Shown in pieces: positions 28,716-39,009 of a DNA stretch of 64,000 bases (the first letter of the stretch is position 1; each line of letters starts with the position of its first letter). The position numbers and the translations under genes were made by a program. Source of the DNA: a bacterium (GTDB taxonomy: Bacteria; Patescibacteriota; 4484-211; GCA-002791395); assembly GCA_027002475.1 (NCBI GenBank), contig JALWZS010000021.1, positions 205 to 64,204 on the forward strand, written 5' to 3'. Under the pieces are notes generated by a model that was not told the origin of the DNA, searched no databases, and saw only the letters and a list, made by a program, of their open reading frames with translations.

Positions 28716-28836
28716 TTTGTTAAGTCCTGTATGTACATCTTGCGCACATCCATTGCTAGCGCTCAACATTTATTACCTTGAAATATTTTCTTAATAAATT
28801 TGTATTACTTGCGTAGTTTGAAAGGAGGTGAATGAA

Positions 28837-29346
28837 ATGAAATTAAACAAATACTTAATAGTTCCAGCAATCGCTTTAGCGGTCACGGCAACAGGAGCCT
28901 ACGGACTTAGCAAAGTAGATGCTGCAGAAACAAGTAATCTGCCACCATTTGTTCAAGGACTAGCGCAAAGGTTTGGCTTGAACCAAGAAGAGGTTCAAAA
29001 CTATATGAATGAGCAAATGGAAGCAAGACATGAAGAAATGGAGCAAAGACACGAAGAGCACCTTAATGAGCTCGTTGATACTGGTGTAATAACTCCAGAG
29101 CAAAAAGACATGCTTGAGGCAAAGCATGAAGAAATGGAAGAAGTTCGAGAAGAGTATCGTTCTCTTCCACCAATGGAGAGGCGCGAGGCAATGCGCGAAC
29201 TTCGTGATGAAATGCACCAATGGGCGCAGGATAATGGAATAAACTTACCACACGATGGAACAGGTAAGGGAATGCACATGGGTAAAGCGTTTGGCAAAAG
29301 AGGCGGAGGATTTGGAATGCACGGAAACGGTCTAATGACGCAGTAA
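28837..29346 (+). CDS. secreted LTXXQ-motif (Spy/CpxP-like) His/Glu-rich protein
   Basis: Signal peptide MKLNKYLIVPAIALAVTATGAYG. Repeated EEMEQRHEEH and ITPEQKDMLEAKHEEM (LTxxQ-like). GGAGGTG RBS with 8-nt spacing to the second ATG. Confidence 0.5.
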   Translation: MKLNKYLIVPAIALAVTATGAYGLSKVDAAETSNLPPFVQGLAQRFGLNQEEVQNYMNEQMEARHEEMEQRHEEHLNELVDTGVITPEQKDMLEAKHEEMEEVREEYRSLPPMERREAMRELRDEMHQWAQDNGINLPHDGTGKGMHMGKAFGKRGGGFGMHGNGLMTQ

Positions 29347-29413
29347 CGTGTTCTAAACCGCGAGAAAAAGCCCTCACATCGGGGGCTTTTTTCGTATCTG
29401 ATATCATACGCAC

Positions 29414-29965
29414 ATGCTAAATCCAAAGCCCCTTGTTTTTCTTGACCTTGAAACTACTGGGTTTAGTCCAAAATATAATCGTGTTACAGAGATTGGAATC
29501 GTTGTAGTAAGAGGCAATCATATAACTGATGAATATCAGCGACTTGTTAACCCAGATCAGTGGATAAGCCCAGCAATAACAAAAATAACTGGCATAACCC
29601 AAAAAGATGTTCTTGATGCCCCCTACTTTAACGAGATTGCTAACGAACTACTCCCCTATCTCAAACTCGGCTTACTGACTGCTCATAATGCCAACTTTGA
29701 CTATCGATTCCTGCAAGCCGAATTTTTTAGGAGCGGAGTTGAATTTAACTCGCCAAGGCTTTGCACTATGACGTTATCTCGCCAATTATTCCCTACTCAA
29801 AAAAGCCATAGATTAGAAGAGATCCTTCGAGTACACAATATCAGTGTCAAAAGACATCACAGAGCACTAGACGATGCCCGCGCCACAGCACAGTTTTATT
29901 TAAAGGTTAAAAAGGAACTCCCAAGGGATTTATTCACACAGTCACTTAAAAAAGCTATATATTAA
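29414..29965 (+). CDS. DnaQ-like 3'-5' exonuclease (DEDDh) domain protein
   Basis: Exo I LVFLDLETTG, Exo II AHNANFDYRFL and Exo III HRALDDARATAQ. Confidence 0.8.
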   Translation: MLNPKPLVFLDLETTGFSPKYNRVTEIGIVVVRGNHITDEYQRLVNPDQWISPAITKITGITQKDVLDAPYFNEIANELLPYLKLGLLTAHNANFDYRFLQAEFFRSGVEFNSPRLCTMTLSRQLFPTQKSHRLEEILRVHNISVKRHHRALDDARATAQFYLKVKKELPRDLFTQSLKKAIY

Positions 29966-29994
29966 AAAAACGGGCGAAGGATTAACCTCCGCCC
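29964..29994 (-). terminator. Rho-independent terminator for the minus-strand small gene
   Basis: GGGCGAAGG-attaa-CCTCCGCCC hairpin with AAAAAAA on the plus-strand side (a T-tract on the minus strand). Confidence 0.5.
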
Positions 29995-30006
29995 GCCACA
30001 AAGAAC

Positions 30007-30150
30007 TCACTTGCGCCATCTATGTCTCGTCTTTCCACTCCTCTTTTCATTTTTGTGCGCGAAAACCTCGTGGTAAATCATGCAAACTCCTACGCCAATT
30101 ACAAAATATAAAAAGGCGACAAAGAAGATTGCTAAGAAGGCGCGGTCCAT
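30007..30150 (-). CDS. small membrane protein (47 aa)
   Basis: AGGAGA RBS before the internal Met. MDRAFLAIFFVAFLYFVIGVGVCMIYHEV plus a basic tail. A terminator lies downstream. Confidence 0.35.
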   Translation of the reverse strand: MDRAFLAIFFVAFLYFVIGVGVCMIYHEVFAHKNEKRSGKTRHRWRK

Positions 30151-30239
30151 GATCTTCTCCTTTATTAGAGTGTTGTTAATAAAGCCCAATTTAATTGGGC
30201 GCGAACGATGTCCTAATAATACTACACTACATAACTAAA

Positions 30240-30268
30240 TTGCATTTGGGGGTTAATACTTCTATAAT
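30240..30268 (+). promoter_or_regulatory. sigma70-type promoter (TTGCAT-17-TATAAT)
   Basis: TTGCAT at 30240-30245, a 17-nt spacer and TATAAT at 30263-30268, upstream of the surface-protein gene. Confidence 0.5.
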
Positions 30269-30287
30269 ATTTATACGAAGTGATGTG

Positions 30288-31532
30288 ATGAAAATACGTC
30301 AATTGCTTACAACATCTTTTGTTATTCTTACCCTAGCTTTTTTATTAACCCCTACTGCCTATGCTGACACTGTTCGTGTTAACGTCAAAGAAGACACTTC
30401 TTTTGTTGAGGCAAATCCTGATCTAACAGACTACGGTGCCTTCCCACACTTAATTATCGGGCGCCATAACGGCGAGTACTGCGCAAAAATCTCTTTCGAA
30501 GACATTAACCTGCCACCTGAAACAATGTTTGACTCCGCAAGACTTAGCATCAACATAATAAGCTACGCTTACAGCGACTCAACAAGAATAAAAATAGGAC
30601 CTAATGTCGCAAGTCCAACATTAGATGAAAACACAAGCACATGGAACACCGGTCCGGCGATGGCTACTGACGCAGCATTAATCTCTCAACCCGTAATAGA
30701 TTTAACTGAAACCACACAAACGTTAGATATATCTAACATTGTAAACGCTTGGCTAATGGGCACAATTCCAAACAATGGCATTGGCATCTGCGTCGCTGCT
30801 GGTCAACCCGATGTAGTCTTCACAATATCCTCAAAAGATACCACAGTTAACCCATTACGCATGTCGCTAACGTATCACACAGTAGCCCTTGGCGAGCCAC
30901 CTTCAGAAGACATAGCGTCAGATTATCCAATCACATTTAACTTAATAAGTCCTGATGGCGATACTTTAACCACAGCCCCTTATACTTTTAGGTGGACCAC
31001 TGTAGATAATACCGACCCAGCACGCGAGCACTTAACAATAACAATCAATCGCGAAAACCCAGACAGTACACAAACTCAGATTATTAAATATGACATGCCT
31101 ACCACATGGACAAGCTTTCAATACACAAGCGACTTAGCCGATGGAAACTACTCGTGGTACATGGAGGGGTTTCACATGGATACGCTCGTTTACACAACAG
31201 ATACCAAATACTTTACAGTTGACAATTCTACAACACCAACGACAACAACTTCGCCAACTACCGGAGCAAGCCCAACTGAGGAACCGACACTCACTCCTGA
31301 AGACACGCCTGAAATATCAGGTACAACCACCCCAGCAGAAGAAATTAGCCCAAAAGCCTCACCAGAAAACTCACCCACTACGTCAAGTAAGAATAGTATA
31401 GATCTGCAAAGTATAAATCCAATTTGGCTTCTTATTTTGCTTCTTAGCTTAATAGTTATCATTTTGTTATTCCTGCTTCTAAAAAAGAGTGACGATAACA
31501 ATCAACCAGGCAAAAAAGAAAAGCAACCTTAG
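30288..31532 (+). CDS. secreted/surface protein with Pro/Thr-rich stalk and C-terminal TM anchor
   Basis: Signal peptide MKIRQLLTTSFVILTLAFLLTPTAYA. A beta-rich domain. The stalk TTPTTTTSPTTGASPTEEPTLTPEDTPE. C-terminal TM plus KKSDD. The start is the in-frame ATG at 30288. Confidence 0.6.
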   Translation: MKIRQLLTTSFVILTLAFLLTPTAYADTVRVNVKEDTSFVEANPDLTDYGAFPHLIIGRHNGEYCAKISFEDINLPPETMFDSARLSINIISYAYSDSTRIKIGPNVASPTLDENTSTWNTGPAMATDAALISQPVIDLTETTQTLDISNIVNAWLMGTIPNNGIGICVAAGQPDVVFTISSKDTTVNPLRMSLTYHTVALGEPPSEDIASDYPITFNLISPDGDTLTTAPYTFRWTTVDNTDPAREHLTITINRENPDSTQTQIIKYDMPTTWTSFQYTSDLADGNYSWYMEGFHMDTLVYTTDTKYFTVDNSTTPTTTTSPTTGASPTEEPTLTPEDTPEISGTTTPAEEISPKASPENSPTTSSKNSIDLQSINPIWLLILLLSLIVIILLFLLLKKSDDNNQPGKKEKQP

Positions 31533-31597
31533 ACTGATAATAGCTTCCACCAGTTTTCGTGTAAAAAGCGGGCGATGCTTATGCACCGCCCTGAGGA

Positions 31598-31702
31598 TTA
31601 GGGGGGCGGCGGTGGGGCTTTGCTGATTATCAAAACCACCCATACCAGCAAAGCCACTAAAATGACCGCAACGCTGACGCCTCCCAAACAGACAGCATTC
31701 AT
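31598..31702 (-). CDS. tiny membrane peptide (34 aa), not in ORF track
   Basis: AGGAGG RBS. MNAVCLGGVSVAVILVALLVWVVLIISKAPPPPP. Confidence 0.25.
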   Translation of the reverse strand: MNAVCLGGVSVAVILVALLVWVVLIISKAPPPPP

Positions 31703-31722
31703 TGTCAGCCTCCTGTTGAATG

Positions 31723-32937
31723 CTATTTGGTAAGACCTCGATTTAAAATTTCAAGGCCTGGAATAATCCATTCCCCGTCTTTTTGAATAATTTTTCCATC
31801 AAGCAAAACTTCCCCACCACCATATTCAGGTAACATCTGAATTGTAATATCCCAATGAATTGAGCTTACATTGCCATTAAAAACCTTTACAGGCTTACCT
31901 TCATGCTCGCTAAACTCATAGGAACTTCCAGGGGTAATATGAAAACTACCACCAACCTTTTCGTTCAGCAAACCATTAAACAACCGCCTTCTAAGACCAG
32001 GATTTGTACCAAAAGCAATTTCACCAAAACGCCTAGCACCTTCGTCGCGAGATAAAAATTCGTCTAAATCTTCCTGCAACGTTTTTGATTTAGCCTCTAC
32101 AATCACACCTTTTTCAACTTTAAAATAAACGTCTTCAATAATCTTGTTCTCGTGTCCTAACATCCTTTTGCCTGCAGCAAAAAACTGCCCATCAACTTTA
32201 TCTATTTCTGGTGCAGAAAAGACCTCAGAACCTGGATAATTATTATCAATTGTAGAGTTTATAAACGTCATGCCTTCAATACCTACCTCTAGATGTGTTC
32301 TTTTTTTAGGATCAGGGTTACTAGGATCTGCAATTAGCGTAAGCGTCTTGCCTTCATCTAGTATCTTAGTTAATATCTCCTGCGCTTTTTTAATCTCATC
32401 CCAAGGCTGATCACACGCATTAAAGTAAAGTTTTACATATTCTTCAAAAGGAAGCCCCTCTAAGTTAGCCTCTGCTTTTGTTGGCCAATAAATTAACTGC
32501 CAATTTGTATGATTAACGCGATAATCACCATAAATTGGTTTTTGCGCCTTTTGAGCCTCCTTCATTCGATCCACCGATACGTTTTCCATAACCGTTGGAT
32601 CCTTCGCTGCCCTAATCATAAGCACAACGTCTGCCTGCATAATTTGTGAGTTCAGAAAAGAGTAATAACGTGCAATATCACGCTTTTTTAAGTTCGCGAA
32701 CAAGACAGAATCCATTTCAAGTTCTCGAACATAGTAATAAACTCGAGCGCCCTTTTGGCTACATAAACGTGCTACCTCTTTAGCAAGCTGCCGTCCACCA
32801 ACATCGTAAATAATTAACACATGATCAGTTGGTTTTACTTTCGCAGACAAATGAACCCAATCACTTGCAACCTTTTCAACAAGCTCAGGATTAAACGTCA
32901 CAATTTCATCACTTAAGTCTTTAACGATGTAATTCAT
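31723..32937 (-). CDS. aminopeptidase, M29 (AmpS/PepS)-like
   Basis: The length and overall pattern fit M29 thermophilic aminopeptidases. Only weak motif support from reading. Confidence 0.45.
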   Translation of the reverse strand: MNYIVKDLSDEIVTFNPELVEKVASDWVHLSAKVKPTDHVLIIYDVGGRQLAKEVARLCSQKGARVYYYVRELEMDSVLFANLKKRDIARYYSFLNSQIMQADVVLMIRAAKDPTVMENVSVDRMKEAQKAQKPIYGDYRVNHTNWQLIYWPTKAEANLEGLPFEEYVKLYFNACDQPWDEIKKAQEILTKILDEGKTLTLIADPSNPDPKKRTHLEVGIEGMTFINSTIDNNYPGSEVFSAPEIDKVDGQFFAAGKRMLGHENKIIEDVYFKVEKGVIVEAKSKTLQEDLDEFLSRDEGARRFGEIAFGTNPGLRRRLFNGLLNEKVGGSFHITPGSSYEFSEHEGKPVKVFNGNVSSIHWDITIQMLPEYGGGEVLLDGKIIQKDGEWIIPGLEILNRGLTK

Positions 32938-32989
32938 AGCAAAATATTAACAAGCTTATAAAAGTTGTGCGATAATTAAAGCATCTTAT

Positions 32990-33604
32990 ATGACAATAAG
33001 TAATTCTAATGTTAACCGCAACGTACTCACTGCCCTTTTAGAAAAATACGATATCCCTACTTCGAAATGGAACGGCAATAATGGAACCAAAAAGATTAGT
33101 GATCTAGTTACAGAAATTAAAAACGGCGAGACAGTTCTTATCGAGGAAGACAACAAGCTAATTCGCGTAGTAAATATAGTTATAGCCGATGTTTTATATA
33201 TTGATAATAATACAGGGCAAAAGTGGAAATTAACCGAAGAAAAACAAGTATTCAAAAAGGACAACACAGTAAAACGACGAACTAAGGCGTTAGGTGCAGT
33301 TTCGGAAAAGATCCACGGTGGTGAAGACCTAACATTAGCATTACTACGTGCACTAACCGAAGAATTATTTTCTTCCTATGAGAAGATGCCAAACCTTAAA
33401 GAGCTCCTTACACGAATAACTGTTAAGGATAAAAGAGAAATAATCGAAGAACACATATCTACCGCTTATCCTGAGTTGTTATCAAGGTACAAAATCCACA
33501 AACTAACAGTTTATTTACCAAAAGAGCTATTTAACGCCAAAGGTTACATAGAACACCAACCCACCAAAGACATACATTTTGTATGGGAGGAGACCACCGC
33601 TTAG
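32990..33604 (+). CDS. hypothetical protein (possible degenerate Nudix-like)
   Basis: GGEDLTLALLRALTEEL loosely resembles a Nudix box but lacks the key Glu. Confidence 0.45.
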   Translation: MTISNSNVNRNVLTALLEKYDIPTSKWNGNNGTKKISDLVTEIKNGETVLIEEDNKLIRVVNIVIADVLYIDNNTGQKWKLTEEKQVFKKDNTVKRRTKALGAVSEKIHGGEDLTLALLRALTEELFSSYEKMPNLKELLTRITVKDKREIIEEHISTAYPELLSRYKIHKLTVYLPKELFNAKGYIEHQPTKDIHFVWEETTA

Positions 33605-34578
33605 CTAATATTTATAGACTTAATTTCATCGATTTTGTACACCTCTTCAGGAAAATTACACTCCATTAATCTTTGCCTAAGGTCAGACGCACCGTTAAAA
33701 TCCCGAATATAAATCTTGAAAAACTTTTTTAGTACCTGAAACTTGCCTTTGTATCTGTAATCTGGAAGCTTTCCTTTCCACCTTTTTTCAAAAAGCTTAA
33801 TGTGTAAGATTAGAAGCTTAATACGTTCTTCTTTAGAGTGAAAACGCTTTTCTTTTTCAAACACCCATGGATTTTGAAAGATTCCTCTTCCAATCATCAC
33901 GCCATCAACTCCGTATCTTTTAGACTTTTCAATTACCTCTTGATACGACAAGACATCTCCGTTCCCGATAACTATTGTACTTGGCGCAATTTCATCTCGA
34001 AGTTTTACTACCTTACCAATTTCATTCCAGTCCGCACTTACTTTTGACATTTGCTTTGCTGTTCGCCCATGAATTGTTAGTGCGGCAATTCCTTGCTCTA
34101 GCAAAAATGACGCCCAGTCCTCTGTCTCGACCTTATCAAACCCAATCCTAGTTTTTACACTAACAGGGATATCGCCTGCACCTTCTTTAGTTGCTTTAAT
34201 AATCTCCGCCGATAACATCTTGTCTTTAATATGAGCTGCCCCACTACCCATTGACGTAACCTTTTTGACAGGACAACCCATATTAATATCAATTCCATCA
34301 AAGCCGAGCTTAACAATAAGCCTTGCGCTTTCTTTGAAAAAGTCAGGGTTTACTCCCCAAATTTGAGCAACAATTGGGCGCTGCTTTCCGCTAAATTCAA
34401 GGTTAATCAGAGCGTCTTCTCGTCCTTCACTCATAAGGGCATGAACATTTGTAAACTCGGTAAACATGATATCGGGTTTGGCTGTTATTGCAATAACTTC
34501 ACGGAAAATGTTGTCTGTAACATCTTCCATTGGAGCAAGTACTGCAAAAGGTTTTTCTAAACTTTGCCAAAAATTCAC
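33601..34578 (-). CDS. dus: tRNA-dihydrouridine synthase
   Basis: LAPMEDVTD N-terminal motif and a catalytic NMGCPVKKV. The long ORF (to 34662) overlaps the tRNA-Gln gene, so a downstream in-frame GTG start (about 34578) is preferred. Confidence 0.75.
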   Translation of the reverse strand: MNFWQSLEKPFAVLAPMEDVTDNIFREVIAITAKPDIMFTEFTNVHALMSEGREDALINLEFSGKQRPIVAQIWGVNPDFFKESARLIVKLGFDGIDINMGCPVKKVTSMGSGAAHIKDKMLSAEIIKATKEGAGDIPVSVKTRIGFDKVETEDWASFLLEQGIAALTIHGRTAKQMSKVSADWNEIGKVVKLRDEIAPSTIVIGNGDVLSYQEVIEKSKRYGVDGVMIGRGIFQNPWVFEKEKRFHSKEERIKLLILHIKLFEKRWKGKLPDYRYKGKFQVLKKFFKIYIRDFNGASDLRQRLMECNFPEEVYKIDEIKSINIS

Positions 34579-34633
34579 GCTTTGATTATAACCTGCTGTC
34601 TGGTTGAGTGTCCGGGGCTTAATTATAAGATAC

Positions 34634-34707
34634 TGGCTGCGGGACAGGGACTCGAACCCCAATTTTCTGATCCAGAGTCAGACGTCCTACCATTAGACGA
34701 TCCCGCA
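34634..34707 (-). tRNA. tRNA-Gln (anticodon CUG)
   Basis: Reverse complement TGCGGGATCGTCTAATGGTAGGACGTCTGACTCTGGATCAGAAAATTGGGGTTCGAGTCCCTGTCCCGCAGCCA. Anticodon loop CTCTGGA. Paralogous to the UUG copy. Confidence 0.85.
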
Positions 34708-34766
34708 ACGCATCTCAAGCAGTATTTTATCACGCAAATTTAGTTAAGAGCCCAGCAGCGCTTCGC

Positions 34767-35300
34767 TTAACTAGCGCCAGCAATTAGCTGTTTCAGATTA
34801 TCTCTATTAACTAAAATACGAGAATCAACGAATTTATCGTTAATTATTTGTGACGGAGCTAATTTATAGATTTCTTGAGGCGTAGCTTTATACATTCTAA
34901 GCACAGATTCACCCAAAAAGTCGCTAATTCCGTTAACAAATCTCTCGTAGACGTTCCCTTGCTTGATAAAGCCCGTTTTCAACATTTTAGAACCATAAGT
35001 GTGAAGTCCATGAAGCAACTCCGATTTCGAAGACACCTCACTTGCAGTAGCCTTTATGTAAACAGCATCTACGTCGTCACCAACTGCGGTAGAGTTAAAA
35101 ATTGCAAGAGCCACATTAGGGTTTTCTTTAATGTAAGACGAGTGCTTAGTCTCTTTAGACGAATACCAATAAAGATTAAGTTTCTTGTCGTAAGCAAAAA
35201 AGACGTTTGCAATCCACGGCTCCCCCGCTTTACTCGATACCGATAACGTCATATACAAATTATCATCCAATATTTGTTTTGCTTTTTCTTCAACAGTCAC
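34767..35300 (-). CDS. pyridoxamine 5'-phosphate oxidase-like FMN-binding (general stress protein 26 family) protein
   Basis: The split-barrel family pattern LYMTLSVSS..GEPWIANVFFAYDKKLNLYW. Confidence 0.55.
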   Translation of the reverse strand: MTVEEKAKQILDDNLYMTLSVSSKAGEPWIANVFFAYDKKLNLYWYSSKETKHSSYIKENPNVALAIFNSTAVGDDVDAVYIKATASEVSSKSELLHGLHTYGSKMLKTGFIKQGNVYERFVNGISDFLGESVLRMYKATPQEIYKLAPSQIINDKFVDSRILVNRDNLKQLIAGAS

Positions 35301-35431
35301 AAGCTAAGTATACCAACCCCTCTGCCCCCAGTTGGCTTTTCTCTCTTACTCCCGCAATTACCAAAAGCTAAACGTATAACCACCATTAAAGACAAAATGT
35401 ATCTGATTAACTAGCATGTTATCATTAAAAC

Positions 35432-36802
35432 GTGGCTGTAGATAAATCGATATTCAAAGCTTACGACATACGCGGGATATACCCCAGCTCACTTAGTGAA
35501 GATCTTGCCTACAAGATTGGACGCGCTTATGCAACTTTACTAACCGAAGAAAATCCTAACAAGCAATTAAATATTGTCGTAAGCGGAGACATGCGACTTT
35601 CTACGCCAAAACTAAAGCCCAAATTAATAAAAGGCTTAATTGATAGCGGATGCAACGTGATTGATGTTAATATGCTAACTACTCCGACGTTTTACTTTGC
35701 CGTAGCCTATTATGGTTACGATGGCGGAATTCAGGTGTCCGCATCACATAATCCTAAGGATTACAACGGCTTCAAAATGGTTCGTAAAAACGCTGTTCCA
35801 ATAAGCGGTGATAGTGGGATTATGGACATTCGGGATATGGTGCTAAACGAGGATTTCGTTGCTACAGATAAAAAAGGTGCCATTTCCAAAAAGTTTAATG
35901 TCACTCAAGAGGCAGTACGCGTTGAGAGAGAATATGTCAAAGGTTGGAACAACATAAAACCAATGCACATAGTAGTTGATGCAGCAAACGCATTAGGATC
36001 AATTGACATAGATGAGATATTTAAAGACCTACCTATCAAACTAACCCGTATTAACTGGGAATTGGACGGGTCATTTCCTTCTCACCAACCTGATCCTCTA
36101 AAAGAGGAAAACTTAGAACTTTTAAGACAAAAGGTTAAAGAATTAGAGGCAGATTTGGGAATCGCACCAGATGGCGATGGCGACAGATATTTTATCGTTG
36201 ACGAAAAAGGTCAAATACTGCGCCAAGAAATTTTGCGTGGAATAATTGCACAAGAAGTACTAAAAGATCACCCGGGAGTTAAAATTGGCTATGATATTAG
36301 ACCTGGTCGAATAACGGTTGACATGATAAAGGAAGCTGGCGGAACTCCTGTAATAACAAAAGTCGGCCACTCTTTAATTAAAGAGCAAATGATACGGGAA
36401 GATCTATTCTTTGCAGGAGAATCGTCAGGTCATTACTACTTTACCTTTGACTTTGGCAAGTTCGACGCACCAATCGTCTTAATCCACTACTTCCTGCGAT
36501 ATTTAACTCGCGAAAATAAACCACTCTCAGTGCTTAGCGCCCCACTACAGAAATATTTTAATTCAGGCGAAATCAACTCAACGGTTAAAGACAAAGACGC
36601 AAAAATTAAAGAGCTTATAGAGCGCTATTCCGACGCCAAAAACATCTCAACCTTAGATGGCGTTTTAATCGAGTACGATGATTTTTGGTTTAATGTTAGA
36701 CCGTCAAACACAGAACCTAAGCTACGCCTTAATTTAGAGGCTATTTCCAAAGAAATTATGGAAGAAAAACGTGACGAGGTGTTATCGATTATTCGCGAGT
36801 AA
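35432..36802 (+). CDS. phosphomannomutase/phosphoglucomutase (alpha-D-phosphohexomutase)
   Basis: Active-site SASHNPKDYNGFK and metal site GDGDGDR. Confidence 0.9.
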   Translation: MAVDKSIFKAYDIRGIYPSSLSEDLAYKIGRAYATLLTEENPNKQLNIVVSGDMRLSTPKLKPKLIKGLIDSGCNVIDVNMLTTPTFYFAVAYYGYDGGIQVSASHNPKDYNGFKMVRKNAVPISGDSGIMDIRDMVLNEDFVATDKKGAISKKFNVTQEAVRVEREYVKGWNNIKPMHIVVDAANALGSIDIDEIFKDLPIKLTRINWELDGSFPSHQPDPLKEENLELLRQKVKELEADLGIAPDGDGDRYFIVDEKGQILRQEILRGIIAQEVLKDHPGVKIGYDIRPGRITVDMIKEAGGTPVITKVGHSLIKEQMIREDLFFAGESSGHYYFTFDFGKFDAPIVLIHYFLRYLTRENKPLSVLSAPLQKYFNSGEINSTVKDKDAKIKELIERYSDAKNISTLDGVLIEYDDFWFNVRPSNTEPKLRLNLEAISKEIMEEKRDEVLSIIRE

Positions 36803-37594
36803 ATGCCAACTCCTTACTCCACCCAACTAGAATTTGCCAAAGAACTCGTTAAAAAAGGTGGTCTTATTGCCAAAAACGCTCAGCAAAACCACGCTTTAGA
36901 TTACACACTAAAACCTAACGAAAAAGCACACCTTGTTACTAAGTACGATACTCAAATCGAAGAGATGATGATAAAAGCAATCAAAAGAGAGTTCCCTGGT
37001 CACGCCATTTATGGCGAAGAAACAGGCAACCATAGTGGCACTAATGGTTTTACATGGCTTATTGACCCAATTGATGGCACGTCCAACTTTGCGCACGGAC
37101 TTCCGCTTTACTGCACGATGTTGGCTCTAATGCATGGCGGCGAAGTAGTTGTAGCTGCAATATACCTTCCAGTACTTGATGAACTTTTTTATGGAGAAGC
37201 AGGGCAAGGCTCATTTGTTAACGGCAAACGTCTTAGTGTTTCAAAAGAAGAGAGTCTAGAACGTGCATTTGTTTATGTAGAGCGCGGAGGGAAAGAACAC
37301 GACAAATGGTATGTCAATTTACTTAGTAACTCTCAATCTAAGGTTATGGGAACGCGAATTTTAGGCTCATGCGGAATACAAATGGCTTTTATTGCAGCAG
37401 GCAGAATGGATGGATTTATCTCAAAAGGCACAAATCTTTACGACAGAGCCCCAGGAGTACTTTTTATCAAAGAAGCAGGCGGGGTAATTGTTAACTTTAA
37501 AGGTGAAGAGTACGACGTACAAGATAAAGACTTAGTTGCAGCAAATCCATCGCTTGCCCAAAAAATCGTCAGCGACTTACCACTCGATGCTTAA
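36803..37594 (+). CDS. inositol monophosphatase family protein
   Basis: WLIDPIDGTSNF and the upstream GEE motif. Confidence 0.85.
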   Translation: MPTPYSTQLEFAKELVKKGGLIAKNAQQNHALDYTLKPNEKAHLVTKYDTQIEEMMIKAIKREFPGHAIYGEETGNHSGTNGFTWLIDPIDGTSNFAHGLPLYCTMLALMHGGEVVVAAIYLPVLDELFYGEAGQGSFVNGKRLSVSKEESLERAFVYVERGGKEHDKWYVNLLSNSQSKVMGTRILGSCGIQMAFIAAGRMDGFISKGTNLYDRAPGVLFIKEAGGVIVNFKGEEYDVQDKDLVAANPSLAQKIVSDLPLDA

Positions 37595-37926
37595 ATCCCG
37601 AACACGTGGTCGTTAATTAGACTAATAAATTCTCTTTCAACGTTCATTACAATACCTCGTGCCCTTTTTTTAAAATCATGCATCGAGTTTTCAACTAGTA
37701 CTCTTGTCGCACGCTCATCTGGAAAGTACTCCATTTGTACTAAAACTTGATACTTATCCTTACCTTTAAAATTATCTAAGACTAAATGTGTTAGTTCTAA
37801 ATAAACGGTTTTTCTAGCAACCTCTAGTAAACGCTTCTTTTGCTCTTTCGAGGCGTTAAGCTCATTCATTGCTTTTTCTAGTTTTTCTAAATTTATATAC
37901 TTGTCAAAAAAGTGCTCTTTTTTCAT
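37591..37926 (-). CDS. hypothetical protein
   Basis: 111-aa ORF with stop-start overlaps on both sides. Confidence 0.45.
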   Translation of the reverse strand: MKKEHFFDKYINLEKLEKAMNELNASKEQKKRLLEVARKTVYLELTHLVLDNFKGKDKYQVLVQMEYFPDERATRVLVENSMHDFKKRARGIVMNVEREFISLINDHVFGI

Positions 37927-37927
37927 A

Positions 37928-38884
37928 TTAAAAAACCGGTCCTAAAGGAATTACATCGTCAGGGTCATTAACAAACATCATTACCACCGCACCTTTTCGC
38001 ATCCCACCATCAAGGTGCAAAGCATGCATTGCTTCAGGACTAGCACCAAACTGCTTACCAGTCCAAGGGGCTGGACCAGCATCAGCAACAACTCCAACAA
38101 CAGCATCTCCGGTAACGGTATTCACCATAATCATTTTTCTATATTTGAACCAATCTTTCATTCCATAAACATTCCCGCGCCAACCTGGAGCTAAGAATGT
38201 TTGAACTGCAAAGTAATACTTTTCTTTTTGTTTTAGCTCATCTGTTAACTCCGACTTAGAGTTTGCGAAATAGCCCCACGCACCTTTTTTAGGAGCCATC
38301 CCGTCTCTGATATGCTCATCATGTAAAGAAACAGTATCACCAGGATAGCGTATCAAATGCTGCTCGTAACCTGTGTAACCATAATCGGTGTTCAAGCTAA
38401 TTCCATCCAATTCACTTCTTGCATCAATACCTAAGTACTGTTTTAAAATCCGATTAATTTGCTCACTTTGCTGTTTTTCTAACTTTGAGACTTTGTTTGG
38501 CAAAAACTGTTTAATCTGTAAGGCTAAAACCTTCTTTTGCGTCTCAACGTCAATATCTTGAGTTACCAACTCCCCTTCTGTGTCAATCTCTTCTTGACGT
38601 TCCTCCTCTTCGCTTTCTGCCTCAACAACAGTATCAAACGTTACAGGAATCATCGGGCTTAGTACCATCGCTGCAGAAACGGTACCAGCAGCAAGTAGTT
38701 TTAAACTTTCTGTTTCTATTTCTTTTATTGGGATTGGTTCCTCTAACAGTTTTTTAACTTGTGGATGATTTGATAACAGTTTTCGCTTTGTGGTTTGATG
38801 ATATTTTTTAAATGTCTCTTCTAAATGCTTAAAGCCAGATGTTTCACCGATAGAGTCATCCTTTTTATATTCAATAACATGCAT
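37928..38884 (-). CDS. membrane-anchored protein with RlpA-like double-psi beta-barrel domain
   Basis: C-terminal VNTVTGDAVVGVVADAGP...LDGG resembles the RlpA/DPBB pattern VrVtN..nGksvvVrVnDRGP. N-terminal TM and an acidic linker. Confidence 0.4.
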   Translation of the reverse strand: MHVIEYKKDDSIGETSGFKHLEETFKKYHQTTKRKLLSNHPQVKKLLEEPIPIKEIETESLKLLAAGTVSAAMVLSPMIPVTFDTVVEAESEEEERQEEIDTEGELVTQDIDVETQKKVLALQIKQFLPNKVSKLEKQQSEQINRILKQYLGIDARSELDGISLNTDYGYTGYEQHLIRYPGDTVSLHDEHIRDGMAPKKGAWGYFANSKSELTDELKQKEKYYFAVQTFLAPGWRGNVYGMKDWFKYRKMIMVNTVTGDAVVGVVADAGPAPWTGKQFGASPEAMHALHLDGGMRKGAVVMMFVNDPDDVIPLGPVF

Positions 38885-38930
38885 ATCTTTATCATATCAG
38901 AGTTTCTCGCAGTCACGCTACATAAAAAAG

Positions 38931-38990
38931 ATACTCCAGTACTCCAGTGTACTGGAGTGTTTGTAACGAATTCTGGAGAATACGACGATG
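38931..38990. repeat. second repeat family, copy 1 (hairpin ACTCCAGTgtACTGGAGT)
   Basis: tactccagtactccagtgtactggagtgtttgtaacgaattctggagaatacgacg. It may act as the minus-strand terminator for gltX (a T-tract follows on the minus strand). Confidence 0.6.
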
Positions 38991-39009
38991 TGTGACGTTA
39001 AAATTAACT

